From an uncultured Alphaproteobacteria bacterium (lineage in GTDB: Bacteria > Pseudomonadota > Alphaproteobacteria > SHVP01), in contig CALJDF010000266.1 of NCBI GenBank assembly GCA_938023835.1, positions 1 to 38,225 on the forward strand: a stretch of DNA of 38,225 nt. Direction: 5' to 3'. Position 1 is the first letter of the stretch. Each line of letters begins with the position of its first letter. Shown one piece after another: positions 16,149-25,494 of the stretch. The notes under the pieces are model-generated. The model made no database searches, was not told the DNA's origin, and was given only the letters and a program-made list of their open reading frames with translations. A program made the translations under genes and the position numbers.

Positions 16149-19100
16149 TCACGCTGCCGATTGAGAGGCCGCTGGGTTCCTACCGCGATCTGATCGCCGA
16201 CCCTCTATCCACGATACCGTCAGTGACATCATTGGTGGGACGATCGCCATCGTGAGGACGGCCGAGAGTGCAAGGCCGCCCACAACTACGGAACCCAAAC
16301 CCCGATAGAGTTCCGATCCCGCACCCGGAAAAACAACCAGTGGCAACATGCCGAAGACACTGGTGAGCGTCGAACTGAAAATTGGTCGAATACGATTTCG
16401 TGTGGCCTCGACAATCGCAACTTCCGGAGTCATGCCCTCCTTGCGAACGTTATGCAGCGTCTGGTGCACCAACAAGATGGCGTTGTTGACCACAATCCCA
16501 ATGAGAATCACGAAACCCAACATCGTGAGCATGTCGAGCGGCTGGATGACATACAGATTGAGCAAGGCCAACCCCGCAAGGCCACCTGCCGCCGCGACCG
16601 GGACCGCCAACATGATGATCAACGGATAAATGAAGCTTTCGAACAACACGGCCATCACGAGAAACACGATGACGAGCGCTAAGAGAAGGTCGATCGACAG
16701 TTCGTCCATGGTTTGCGACAGCTTGTCCGCTGAGCCCGATAGATTGAACCGAACGCCGTCGGGCACACCCGCCGAGACCATCGGGCCCACCACTTGCTCG
16801 TTGATAATGTCGATCGCCTCTTGCAGCGGCATGGTGCGAGCGGGGGAAACCTGGAGGGTCACAGTGCGGGCGCGCTCAACCCGTCGAATTTCCGTCGGAC
16901 CCGAGGTCACGATCACTGCGGCGAGACTTTCAACCGGAACAATCCGACCCTCACGTGTCACCACCGGCAGGGCACCGATTCCCTGAGTTTGTTCTTGTGC
17001 CGGGGCAACACCGGCCAGCGTCAAATCGATCCTCTTGCCGCCGAAGTTGATTTCGGCCACCCGCAATCCATCGTTGAATGCATCGACCGTCTGACCCAAG
17101 TCGCGCGCGGTAAGGCCGTTGTCTGCCAAACGGGTTCGATCAGGCACGACTCGAACCTCGGGTGCCCCAAATTCCAGCCCCGGACGCGGTCGGGTTCGAT
17201 GCCCTTCGCTGAACGGCAAGACCTGTTGAATGCGGTCGAAGGTTCCTTGGGCCACATCAAACAAGACCCTTAGGTCGGCCCCGGATATGTCGATATCGAT
17301 GGACCGGCCGCCGCCAATCGATCGCCCAAAGAGCGACGGCTGAAACATGAACGCGAGCGTACCGGGTTCGCCTCGTGCCGGGTTCTGGAGCAGCGGAATG
17401 ATCTCACTTGCGCGCCCCTCGTCGACTGTGGTCCCGCCGACAAACGCGCGTCCCTGCAGCGCGATCGAAAAATAATGTTTGAGCAGTGGCGTTCCGTCGA
17501 TCTCAAGGACATTGCCCTGCTCGTCATTGGCCCAATATTCGCGCGTGCCCGACTCGATGCGATTGGTAATCGTCTCGGTGGTGCGGAGGTTGTATCCGGA
17601 GGGCGGTTGAATGAAGCCAAAGACGAAGTTTCGATTCCCCGTCGGGAGATAGTCGACCTTCGGAAGAACGCTTGCAGAGAACACCACGGCAGTACCGGTG
17701 ACGACCAGGATGACACTTGCCGCTATGCCCTTGCGCGCCACAACAAGCCGCGAGAACCAGACCCAGAACGCAGAGAAGGAGCGGCCAAACTGATCGATCC
17801 CCGGTAGCGGAAATCCCTTGTTGAGATTTGCCTCGCCGCCCGCCAGCAAGCGGTTGGCAAGCGCGGGAATAAGCGTGACCGAAACCAGCAACGACAGCAT
17901 GACCGACACGGAGATCGCGACGGCGATATCGCGGAACAGTTGGCCCGCCTCCAGCTCCATCGCCAAGATGGGGATGAACACCATCACCGTGGTGAGCGCC
18001 GAGACGAGAACCGCCGGCCAGACCTGTGAGGCCCCTTCAAAGGCAGCCTCGGAGGCCGAGCGACCCTGTTGTCGAAGTCGGTAGATGTTCTCCAAAACGA
18101 CAATCGCCGCGTCTACGACCATCCCGACGGCAAACGCAATACCGGCCAAACTGATGACATTGAGTGATCGGCCAAGGACAGCCATGGCGACAAATGACCC
18201 AACGACAGAAACTGGGATTGATAGCGCGACCACGAATGTCGGTCGCCAAGACCGCAAGAACACCAGCAACACGATGATCGCCAACGCGCCGCCGACGACA
18301 ACATTCTGGAGAACGAGATTAATCGCCGACTTGATGTAATCGGTCTCGTCGAAAATCTGTGTCGCCACGAGACCAGCCTCTTTGAGCGGTCCGTCCGAAA
18401 GCTCGCGCACCTTGGCGCGGATGCGCTCCATGGTTTCGATAACGTTGGCGCCTTGCTGCCCGGTGATGCTCATAGTCATCGACGGATCGCCCATCGTCTT
18501 GGCGATGGCATTCCGTTCTTTGAATTGAACAAAGACATCGGCGATATCGCCAAGTGCGACCCGGCCAACCCCGACGCCCAACGTATCACTCCGCAACAGA
18601 ATGGAACGCACCTGGTCGACGGAGGTGAAGTCGCCCTCGGTCCGAACGACATAACGCCGCTTGCCCTCGTCGACATCGCCGCCTGTGATCGAGGTATTGG
18701 CGGACCGCAAACGGCTAACGACGTCGTTTACCGTCAATGCGTAACGAGCGAGTCGCTCGGGATCGATTTCGATCCGCATTTCCTGTTCGGTGGCACCCCA
18801 GACGTTGACCCCGGCAACGCCATCCACTCGCTCTATCCCGTCCTGCACCACGTCGCGCAAAAAACCCGAATAGCTTGTGAGGTCCTGTGTGTTGCCGGGC
18901 GCACGACGCAACGTGAACCACGCGATGGAATTATCCTCGGTCCCGAAGGTGCTTAAGGTCGGTTCGTCCGCCTCCTCCGGATAGCCCGTCACCCGGTCCA
19001 ACCGGTTTGCGACAAGCAAGAGCGAGCGATTAAGGTCGGCGTCCGGCGTGAACTCCAGTTCAACGCTTCCTTGATTGTTGCGCGCCGTAGACTCCATGCG

Positions 19101-19334
19101 CTGGAGCCCCTCGATCCCCTTCAGGACTTCTTCCTGACGGTTGATGATCTCTCGCTCCACTTCTGCAGGTGCTGCGCCCGGCCAATTCGTTGCCACACGG
19201 ATCACGGGCTGCCGCACATCAGGCGCCATTTGAATGGGGATGCGATCGAGCGACACCCAGCCGAACAGAACGACCATGATCACCGCCGCGATCACCGCGA
19301 TCGGTCGCTGGATGGAGAGCAGGATGATGTTCAC
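16149..19334 (-). CDS. RND efflux transporter permease (AcrB/AcrD/AcrF family)
   Basis: 1061-aa ORF with a GTG start at 19334. The N-terminus 'IQRPIAVIAAVIMVVLFGWVSLDRIPIQMAPDV...PGAAPAEVEREI' and the 12-TM, two-large-loop organisation are typical of RND pumps. The start overlaps the adaptor gene stop by 1 nt. Confidence 0.92.
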   Translation of the reverse strand: MNIILLSIQRPIAVIAAVIMVVLFGWVSLDRIPIQMAPDVRQPVIRVATNWPGAAPAEVEREIINRQEEVLKGIEGLQRMESTARNNQGSVELEFTPDADLNRSLLLVANRLDRVTGYPEEADEPTLSTFGTEDNSIAWFTLRRAPGNTQDLTSYSGFLRDVVQDGIERVDGVAGVNVWGATEQEMRIEIDPERLARYALTVNDVVSRLRSANTSITGGDVDEGKRRYVVRTEGDFTSVDQVRSILLRSDTLGVGVGRVALGDIADVFVQFKERNAIAKTMGDPSMTMSITGQQGANVIETMERIRAKVRELSDGPLKEAGLVATQIFDETDYIKSAINLVLQNVVVGGALAIIVLLVFLRSWRPTFVVALSIPVSVVGSFVAMAVLGRSLNVISLAGIAFAVGMVVDAAIVVLENIYRLRQQGRSASEAAFEGASQVWPAVLVSALTTVMVFIPILAMELEAGQLFRDIAVAISVSVMLSLLVSVTLIPALANRLLAGGEANLNKGFPLPGIDQFGRSFSAFWVWFSRLVVARKGIAASVILVVTGTAVVFSASVLPKVDYLPTGNRNFVFGFIQPPSGYNLRTTETITNRIESGTREYWANDEQGNVLEIDGTPLLKHYFSIALQGRAFVGGTTVDEGRASEIIPLLQNPARGEPGTLAFMFQPSLFGRSIGGGRSIDIDISGADLRVLFDVAQGTFDRIQQVLPFSEGHRTRPRPGLEFGAPEVRVVPDRTRLADNGLTARDLGQTVDAFNDGLRVAEINFGGKRIDLTLAGVAPAQEQTQGIGALPVVTREGRIVPVESLAAVIVTSGPTEIRRVERARTVTLQVSPARTMPLQEAIDIINEQVVGPMVSAGVPDGVRFNLSGSADKLSQTMDELSIDLLLALVIVFLVMAVLFESFIYPLIIMLAVPVAAAGGLAGLALLNLYVIQPLDMLTMLGFVILIGIVVNNAILLVHQTLHNVRKEGMTPEVAIVEATRNRIRPIFSSTLTSVFGMLPLVVFPGAGSELYRGLGSVVVGGLALSAVLTMAIVPPMMSLTVSWIEGRRSDRGRNPAASQSAA

Positions 19335-20638
19335 TAGTTCGTCCTTTGAGCCGCCGCGTCGCCGGTTTCGCTCACGATCCTCACCGCGTCGCCGGACGAA
19401 AGCTGTTCATTGCCGCGCACGACCACCCGTTCACCGGCCCGCAGCCCGGTGACGACCGTAAACCGCTGGCCAACGCTTTCGCCCAAGACCACGTCCCGAC
19501 GTTCGACCCGCCCGCCATTTATGACAAAGACCAAGGGCCGCCCTTCGTCTCGGGTCACCGCGTCTTTGTGAACGGTGACGACCTTGCCGCCACCGCCGAT
19601 CGGGACATCCACGATTACACTTTGGTACAAAGCCGGCTGTTTCAGGACATCGCCAAGTATCGGTGTCAATCGAACGGCCCGCGTGCGCGTCAAAGGGTTT
19701 TCCTCGGGCACAACCGCACGGACGACAGCTTTGTGACGCGTCCCGTCGTCGAGGGCGATCTGGAGCTCGGCTCCGGGTTGCAAGCCGCCCAATCGATTGG
19801 TGGGCACCTGGGCTTCGATCTCGAGGGTCTCTTGATTGACCAGCGTCACCACGGGTGATCCGACCCCGACATACGCCCCAACTTCGGTGGATTTCGCCGT
19901 GACGACACCTGCATAGGGCGCCCGAACAACCGCATCCCGCAGATCGATGTTAGCTCTGTTCAACTGTTCGACGGCTTGGGCGAGTTCCGCCGTGCGGTTC
20001 GCCAAGCTCCCTTGTTTCATCGCGACGTCCTGAACGACATCGTCGCGGCGCTTTTGCGAGAAAGCCGAAGATTGACGGAGATCGTCGATTCGCTGCCGTT
20101 CTTGTCGAAGCTTTTCCAGCTCGGCTTCGGCAATTGCGACCATGGCTTGTTTTTGATCGACGAGGGCAAAATTGCGATCGCTCTCGGATTGAAGTCTGTC
20201 CGATGCGATAACGACAAGCACATCACCCTTCTCGACGCGATCGCCGACCTGGACCTGCACCGACTCTACCGGCCCTGAGACCCGCGCCGCCACCGGCCCG
20301 ACTTGACGCGCCACGAGTTGTCCGATCACCGGCGTGGTTTGGCTGAGGTCCTCCTCCACGACGGCATCGGCGACCACCGCCGCACCGTTGCCACCACCGC
20401 CGAAAAACGCCGACAGTTCGGCCCCGTCAATACCGCCACTCTTGTCCCGATCGATAGTGTCGAAATTCGAGGCGAGTGGGCCGCGCGCTTCATCGCGGTC
20501 GATCAAACCATTCTTGTTGGCATCCAGTGCCGCTGCCCGTCCAGGCAGTTCTTGCGCGGAGACACCCGACCCCTGCGCGATCAAAACCGCAGCAGCCAGA
20601 ATAGGCACGCCGACAAGACGCTTCGCCAGTCCGTTCAT
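19334..20638 (-). CDS. RND efflux periplasmic adaptor (HlyD/MFP family) with N-terminal EF-hand pair
   Basis: The ORF is 19334..20671. I prefer ATG 20638, which gives the signal peptide 'MNGLAKRLVGVPILAAAVLIAQGSGVSAQ'. Two canonical 12-residue EF loops, 'DANKNGLIDRDE' and 'DRDKSGGIDGAE', are followed by a Gly-rich linker. A typical MFP core follows (lipoyl, coiled-coil and beta-barrel segments; 'VVRAPYAGVVT'). Confidence 0.85.
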   Translation of the reverse strand: MNGLAKRLVGVPILAAAVLIAQGSGVSAQELPGRAAALDANKNGLIDRDEARGPLASNFDTIDRDKSGGIDGAELSAFFGGGGNGAAVVADAVVEEDLSQTTPVIGQLVARQVGPVAARVSGPVESVQVQVGDRVEKGDVLVVIASDRLQSESDRNFALVDQKQAMVAIAEAELEKLRQERQRIDDLRQSSAFSQKRRDDVVQDVAMKQGSLANRTAELAQAVEQLNRANIDLRDAVVRAPYAGVVTAKSTEVGAYVGVGSPVVTLVNQETLEIEAQVPTNRLGGLQPGAELQIALDDGTRHKAVVRAVVPEENPLTRTRAVRLTPILGDVLKQPALYQSVIVDVPIGGGGKVVTVHKDAVTRDEGRPLVFVINGGRVERRDVVLGESVGQRFTVVTGLRAGERVVVRGNEQLSSGDAVRIVSETGDAAAQRTN

Positions 20639-20911
20639 CAAATCCCGACCTCGTGTTTCTTGGTGCGCCATGGCAGCGCACCGCTACGCGCGACCCTGCC
20701 CCGGATGCGCGCCGACCTAGAGACCAAGGTAACGCGGCCTGCGCCGCGGCGTCATGCGGAATCTGGTCGCCGCCGACCCCACGAACGCGTGACTATCGGC
20801 GATTAATGAAGCCGGCCCCAGGTCCCGGAGCTCCGGCCTAGTTCACACAGCCCGCTGTGGTTAGGGTGGGCACGATTTGCACTCAGATTGGTTTATCGAT
20901 GCTTCACTTCC

Positions 20912-22279
20912 ATGGCCGCTAGAGACGATACGCAAGCGGCATCCCTGCGGCTGACGACGCTTCTCGCTTATGGGTTGCCGAGCCTCCCCACCACCATCCT
21001 GACCTTTCCGCTTTTTGTGCTACTGCCGACGTTCTACGCCCAGGACCTCGGCCTTGGTCTCGGTCTTGTCGGCGCGGTGCTGCTGGGGTCACGCATATGG
21101 GATGCTGTCTCGGACCCGCTGGTTGGCATTCTCAGCGATCACATCAACACACCATGGGGACGGCGGCGGCCCTGGATGATCGCGGGCACCCCGCTTGCGC
21201 TGATTAGTTCGTGGTTCTTGTTGGTGCCAGGAGAAGGTGTTGGTGGCGGTTATCTGCTGGGGTGGACAATCGCACTCTATATCGGCGGCACAATGATCCT
21301 GATCCCGTACAACGCCTGGGGGGCAGAGATCTCGGGCCACTACCACGAACGTGCCCGCGTAACCTCATTCCGAGAGATATTCGTCCTCGTCGGTGGCATC
21401 ACGGCGGCAGTGTTGGTCGCGGTGTTGCAGAGCGACCGCGCCGAAGCGCTGCGCATCACGGCCCTCATTGTCGTGGTCACGCTGCCAATCTCGGTAGCTA
21501 TCGCAGTCCGTTTTGTCCCCGATCAACCCAAGTCGCTTGAGCAACGCCTAACGTTCAGCCGTGCCCGAGCGGCCGTGCGTAGTAACAAGCCGTTTCAACG
21601 TTTGGTCGCGGCGTTCTTCCTGAACAGCCTGGCAAACGGCTTTCCGATCACTCTGTTCTTGCTCTTCGTGCAGCACAACCTGCGCGCCGACGACACGATG
21701 CTTAGTTGGATCCTTGGCGCCTATTTTGTGATGGCGTTGGTCAGCGTTCCGTTCTGGCTGGTTCTTTCGAAGCGTTTTGGGAAACATCGGGTGTGGACGC
21801 TTGCCATGATCTTGGTATGCGCCTTCTTCATTTGGGTCCCACTGCTCGGAGAGGGCGACGCCTGGTGGCTACTAACCATTTCGCTTTTCACAGGGTTCGG
21901 GTTGGGCGCCGACTTGGTGCTGCCGCCGGCGATGCAAGCCGATGTCGTCGACCTCGATGAACTGCGGCATCGCGAGAAGCGCACCGGAGTGTTTTTCGCT
22001 GTTTGGTCGATCGCGCTCAAATTGTCGTTGGCGCTGGCCGCAGGGATCGCCTTCCCCATCCTTGAATGGGTCGATTTCCAACGTGTCGTTGGCGACAACT
22101 TGCCGGGCGCATTGCTGACCCTCGCAATTCTCTACGCCATCGTCCCGGTGATCTTCAAAGTGGCCGCCATCGCCTTGATGTGGCGCTTTCCCCTCACGGC
22201 CGCCAAACAAGCCCAGATTCGCCGCCTAATCGCCGCCAAGGACCGACGTGACTCGGCCGCGCGCCCAGTCATTCCTTGA
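20912..22279 (+). CDS. MFS transporter, glycoside-pentoside-hexuronide (GPH/MelB/MFSD2-like) family
   Basis: The ORF starts at TTG 20888; the first ATG is at 20912. 'LAYGLPSLP...FYAQDLGL', 'RIWDAVSDPLVGILSD..TPWGRRRPWM' and 12 predicted TMs are typical of GPH-family symporters. Confidence 0.8.
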   Translation: MAARDDTQAASLRLTTLLAYGLPSLPTTILTFPLFVLLPTFYAQDLGLGLGLVGAVLLGSRIWDAVSDPLVGILSDHINTPWGRRRPWMIAGTPLALISSWFLLVPGEGVGGGYLLGWTIALYIGGTMILIPYNAWGAEISGHYHERARVTSFREIFVLVGGITAAVLVAVLQSDRAEALRITALIVVVTLPISVAIAVRFVPDQPKSLEQRLTFSRARAAVRSNKPFQRLVAAFFLNSLANGFPITLFLLFVQHNLRADDTMLSWILGAYFVMALVSVPFWLVLSKRFGKHRVWTLAMILVCAFFIWVPLLGEGDAWWLLTISLFTGFGLGADLVLPPAMQADVVDLDELRHREKRTGVFFAVWSIALKLSLALAAGIAFPILEWVDFQRVVGDNLPGALLTLAILYAIVPVIFKVAAIALMWRFPLTAAKQAQIRRLIAAKDRRDSAARPVIP

Positions 22280-22706
22280 GCGCGAGGCGGCGCCGGATAG
22301 CTCGTAACACCGTACCCAGCACGGGGACACGTTCGTAGAGTTGCGACGCGACATCCCAATGATCGAGATGCGCGGTCACGCGACCGGCATCATCAAAGTG
22401 GACCTCGGTCATTCCATCAATTGAGAACGGCGCACCGTTTTTCTTGTTCTTGAACCGGAAGACCCAGCGGATATAGCTATTCGAGCCTGAAACCGCGGTA
22501 TCGATCACCTCGAATGTCGGCTCGGCTAGGTCTTCGTGCATCTTGGCAAAGACACGAACGATTTGATCGTGGCCCCGCACATCGTTGAAGGGATCACGAA
22601 ACCGGACGTCGGGCGCGCAAAGATCGCGAAGCTCGTTCAAGTTGTCGAGCGAGACGCGTTCGAAATAGGCGGCGTACGCAGCGGCCTTCGATGAAATGTC
22701 CGTCAC
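22269..22706 (-). CDS. NTF2-fold / SnoaL-like protein
   Basis: The ORF is 22269..22796. I place the start at GTG 22706, which forms a GTGA overlap with the upstream gene stop (22703-22705). 'YFERVSLDNLNELRDLCAPDVRFRDPFNDVRGHDQIVRVF...IDGMTEVHFDDAGRVTAHLDHWD' fits the SnoaL-like/NTF2 pattern. Confidence 0.7.
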   Translation of the reverse strand: MTDISSKAAAYAAYFERVSLDNLNELRDLCAPDVRFRDPFNDVRGHDQIVRVFAKMHEDLAEPTFEVIDTAVSGSNSYIRWVFRFKNKKNGAPFSIDGMTEVHFDDAGRVTAHLDHWDVASQLYERVPVLGTVLRAIRRRLALKE

Positions 22707-23413
22707 TGCGCTTGCGTCAGGCGTGTGCCGGTATAGCCGTCGGTCAGAACGTATTCGATGTCGGCGCCGCGTGCTGGAAAGGCCAGCTTCACCCACTCCC
22801 CTTCCGGCGTGTACCAGACCGTGATGTTGAGATCACCGGAAACCTCGTAACGCTGCGCCTCAATGGACTGTCCGTTCGCCAAGGCCACGAGTTCGACATC
22901 TCCGGGGGTTACATCAACATCGAGAAGGATGCCGCGCTGCGTATCGAACCAACGTAGGTCTTGGAGGATAACCGGGTTCCAGTAGCTGGTCGGGACAATC
23001 GGGGCCGGCACGACGTCTTCCTCCACCAGGGTTTTCACATGAAAACCATCAGGCTGCCTCTGAGCTCTCAAGGCGAACTCTTTGCCATTGTCATCTGTAT
23101 CTGTTGTGACGGAGATCAGACGCCCATCCCGCCATATTTCGTTATTCTTGTGTTCATATCGAAACACGGTCAAAAACCCTATCTTAACGGCAAGACGAAT
23201 GTCGATATCGACGTGGGTTTCATCGCCAACCTCTCGAAACGTGATCACATGCGTGCCGATTGATTTGTCGCCGCGCATCACGTCGAAGGCGAGCTTCCCG
23301 TCGTAGGGCTCCATGCTGACGGCCGGCTGGGACAGCAGCGCCGCAATGACAACCACGAGGGCACCGGCAATGGGCCGCCAAACCGCTTTCGATATTCCCG
23401 GCAACCGTTGCAT
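22703..23413 (-). CDS. Secreted beta-rich protein of unknown function (DUF3108/DUF6134-like, family assignment tentative)
   Basis: The ORF is 22703..23662, but the long N-terminal extension runs through the divergent SDR start. ATG 23413 has a GAGGAA SD and gives the signal-like 'MQRLPGISKAVWRPIAGALVVVIAALLSQPAVS'. The rest has an alternating beta-strand pattern ('YEVSGDLNITVWYTPEGEWVKLAF'). Confidence 0.6.
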   Translation of the reverse strand: MQRLPGISKAVWRPIAGALVVVIAALLSQPAVSMEPYDGKLAFDVMRGDKSIGTHVITFREVGDETHVDIDIRLAVKIGFLTVFRYEHKNNEIWRDGRLISVTTDTDDNGKEFALRAQRQPDGFHVKTLVEEDVVPAPIVPTSYWNPVILQDLRWFDTQRGILLDVDVTPGDVELVALANGQSIEAQRYEVSGDLNITVWYTPEGEWVKLAFPARGADIEYVLTDGYTGTRLTQAQ

Positions 23414-23488
23414 CGTTCCTCTATTCTCCGTCTCGGTGATCGTGGCCCGCCCAATACTAACCCACGGAAGAGCGGTATAGAGGCATAA

Positions 23489-24262
23489 ATGGCAGAAAGG
23501 CGTTTTAACAAGGCTTGGATCGTCGGTGGGAGCACCGGCATCGGCCGCGAACTCTCGCTCGAACTCGCCAGAAACGGGGTCGACGTGGTCATCAGCGCAC
23601 GCGGCGAATCCGCCCTCGCCGAGGTCGTCAGCGCGGGCGCCGCTGCACCTGGCACGATCCAATCTGTCGCCGTCGATGTCACCGACCCGGCCGCCACGCG
23701 CGCTGCATACCGCGACGCCACCGCAATGCTCGGCCAGATCGATCTATGCGTTACCTGCGCCGCGACCTACACGCCGTTTGGGGCGCGTGACTTCAGCGTC
23801 GAGACCTTTCAGCGCATTGTGGATGTCAACCTCATGGGCACCGTGCATGTTCTCGATGCGGCAATGCCGGACATGATCGCGCGGCAATCCGGCCATATCG
23901 CGGTGGTTTCTTCGGTGGCGGGCTATCGAGGGCTGCCGGCAGCGTCCGCCTATGGGGCGACTAAGGCCGCCCTGATCAACATGTGCGAATCGCTGAAGTT
24001 CGACCTCGATCGCGTCAACGTTAAGTTGCAGCTGGTGGACCCCGGGTTTGTCGAAACACCGCTTACCGCCAACAACGACTTCAAGATGCCCTTCCTGATG
24101 AAAGCGGATGCCGCCGCGCGGGCCTTCTATCGCGGGCTCATGTCCGACCGATTCGAGATCACCTTTCCAAAGCGGTTCGCCTGGCAGATGAAGTTCTTGC
24201 GGTGCTTGCCGTACGCCGCCTACTTCCCACTGATTCGCCGGTCGACAAAAGCCCTTAGTTAG
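23489..24262 (+). CDS. Short-chain dehydrogenase/reductase (classical SDR)
   Basis: 257-aa ORF. 'IVGGSTGIGRELS' (TGxxxGxG), 'VSSVAG', catalytic 'YGATKAAL' (YxxxK). Confidence 0.9.
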   Translation: MAERRFNKAWIVGGSTGIGRELSLELARNGVDVVISARGESALAEVVSAGAAAPGTIQSVAVDVTDPAATRAAYRDATAMLGQIDLCVTCAATYTPFGARDFSVETFQRIVDVNLMGTVHVLDAAMPDMIARQSGHIAVVSSVAGYRGLPAASAYGATKAALINMCESLKFDLDRVNVKLQLVDPGFVETPLTANNDFKMPFLMKADAAARAFYRGLMSDRFEITFPKRFAWQMKFLRCLPYAAYFPLIRRSTKALS

Positions 24263-25473
24263 GTTTTGACCAGCGCGATCTGGAGAACATCGATGCCGCG
24301 CGCCCGGAAGCTTCCTTCGCAGCTTGCGAGATAGAACTCCCATAGTCGGCGGAAGCGTTCGTCAAACCCCATCGTGCGAATGTGCGGCCACGCGGCCAGG
24401 AACTTCTCGCGCCACTCGCCGAGCGTCCGCGCATAGTGGGGCGCGAAGCCGTCGTCCTGAACCCACTTGAGCCCGACGCGGTGTGCATGTTCTCGTAGCG
24501 CGCGACGGCACGGCAACATCCCGCCAGGGAAAATATACGTCTGAATAAAATCCGCTCGACGCCTGTAATGAGCGAAGTGTTCGTCGCGTGTTGTGATCGC
24601 TTGGATGGCCACCCGACCGCCGCGACGCACGCAGCGCGCAATGCGATCGAAATAGACCGGCCAATAGGTCTCACCGACGGCCTCGATCATCTCAATGGAT
24701 ACGACATGATCGAACGACCCCTCTACGTCGCGGTAGTCGCATAAACGGATATCCACAAGATTCGAGAGCCCTGCGCGCTCGATCCGTTGTTGGGCAAATT
24801 CGAACTGTGCCGGCGAAATGGTGATGCCGGTCACCGCAACACCGCGTCGCGCGGCGAATTCCGCAAAGCCACCCCACCCGCACCCGATCTCAAGCGCGCG
24901 GTCGCCGGGCTTTGCTGAGATCAAATCGAGCAAACGGGCATACTTGGTCGACTGCGCCTCTTCCAACAACTCGGCGTCTTCCGGAAACACCGCTGAAGAA
25001 TAGGTCATGGAAGGGTCGAGCCACTGGGCGTAGAAGTCATTCCCCAAGTCGTAATGCGCGGCGATATTTCGACGGCTGCCATTTTTTGTGTTGCTGCGCC
25101 GATTGTGCCGAATACGGTCGGACACACGCTGCCAAAACGTACCGACGCGCCGGTTAACGGCGTTCCGTGTGACCAACTCAACAAAGGTCGGTAGGTCAGG
25201 ACTCTCCCAGTCTCCGTTCAGATAGGCTTCGGCGAATCCAAGGCTGCCGCGAAAGATCAGTCGTCGAACCGCGCGCCAGCGGTGCAGAATGATGGTGCCT
25301 TCCGGGCCTTCTTCACTACCATGGATCGTTCCTTTCGCGCCGCTCGGAAGAACATAGTGCAAAGTTCCGGCCTGAAATCGGCGCTGGAACCCGCGCACAA
25401 ATCGGCGGTAGAGCCACGGAATGCTTCGGGCATCCGCCGCCGCGGTGTCGTGCGTGATTGTGGCGTCATGCAT
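24259..25473 (-). CDS. Cyclopropane-fatty-acyl-phospholipid synthase-like (CMAS family) SAM-dependent enzyme
   Basis: 404-aa ORF. 'HYDLGNDFYAQWLDPSMTYSSAVF', SAM motif I 'ALEIGCGWGGFAEFAA', 'SIEMIEAVG' and 'WREKFLAAW...FRRLWEFYLASCEGSFR' are CFA/mycolic-acid-synthase hallmarks. Confidence 0.9.
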   Translation of the reverse strand: MHDATITHDTAAADARSIPWLYRRFVRGFQRRFQAGTLHYVLPSGAKGTIHGSEEGPEGTIILHRWRAVRRLIFRGSLGFAEAYLNGDWESPDLPTFVELVTRNAVNRRVGTFWQRVSDRIRHNRRSNTKNGSRRNIAAHYDLGNDFYAQWLDPSMTYSSAVFPEDAELLEEAQSTKYARLLDLISAKPGDRALEIGCGWGGFAEFAARRGVAVTGITISPAQFEFAQQRIERAGLSNLVDIRLCDYRDVEGSFDHVVSIEMIEAVGETYWPVYFDRIARCVRRGGRVAIQAITTRDEHFAHYRRRADFIQTYIFPGGMLPCRRALREHAHRVGLKWVQDDGFAPHYARTLGEWREKFLAAWPHIRTMGFDERFRRLWEFYLASCEGSFRARGIDVLQIALVKT

Positions 25474-25494
25474 TGAAATCTGCCGCTCCTTTGA

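Noticed and set aside
22960-23260. Patch that looks AT-richer than its surroundings inside the secreted DUF gene
   Set aside because: I judged this only by eye. It is explained by the Asp/Ile/Lys/Phe/Thr-rich beta-strand protein it encodes. There are no flanking repeats or mobility genes to suggest recent acquisition.
23414-23662. Long N-terminal extension of ORF 22703..23662 (83 extra residues)
   Set aside because: The extension runs antisense through the start and Rossmann motif of the well-supported SDR gene. It is Asp/Ala/Gly-rich. The internal ATG 23413 has a good SD and yields a proper signal peptide.
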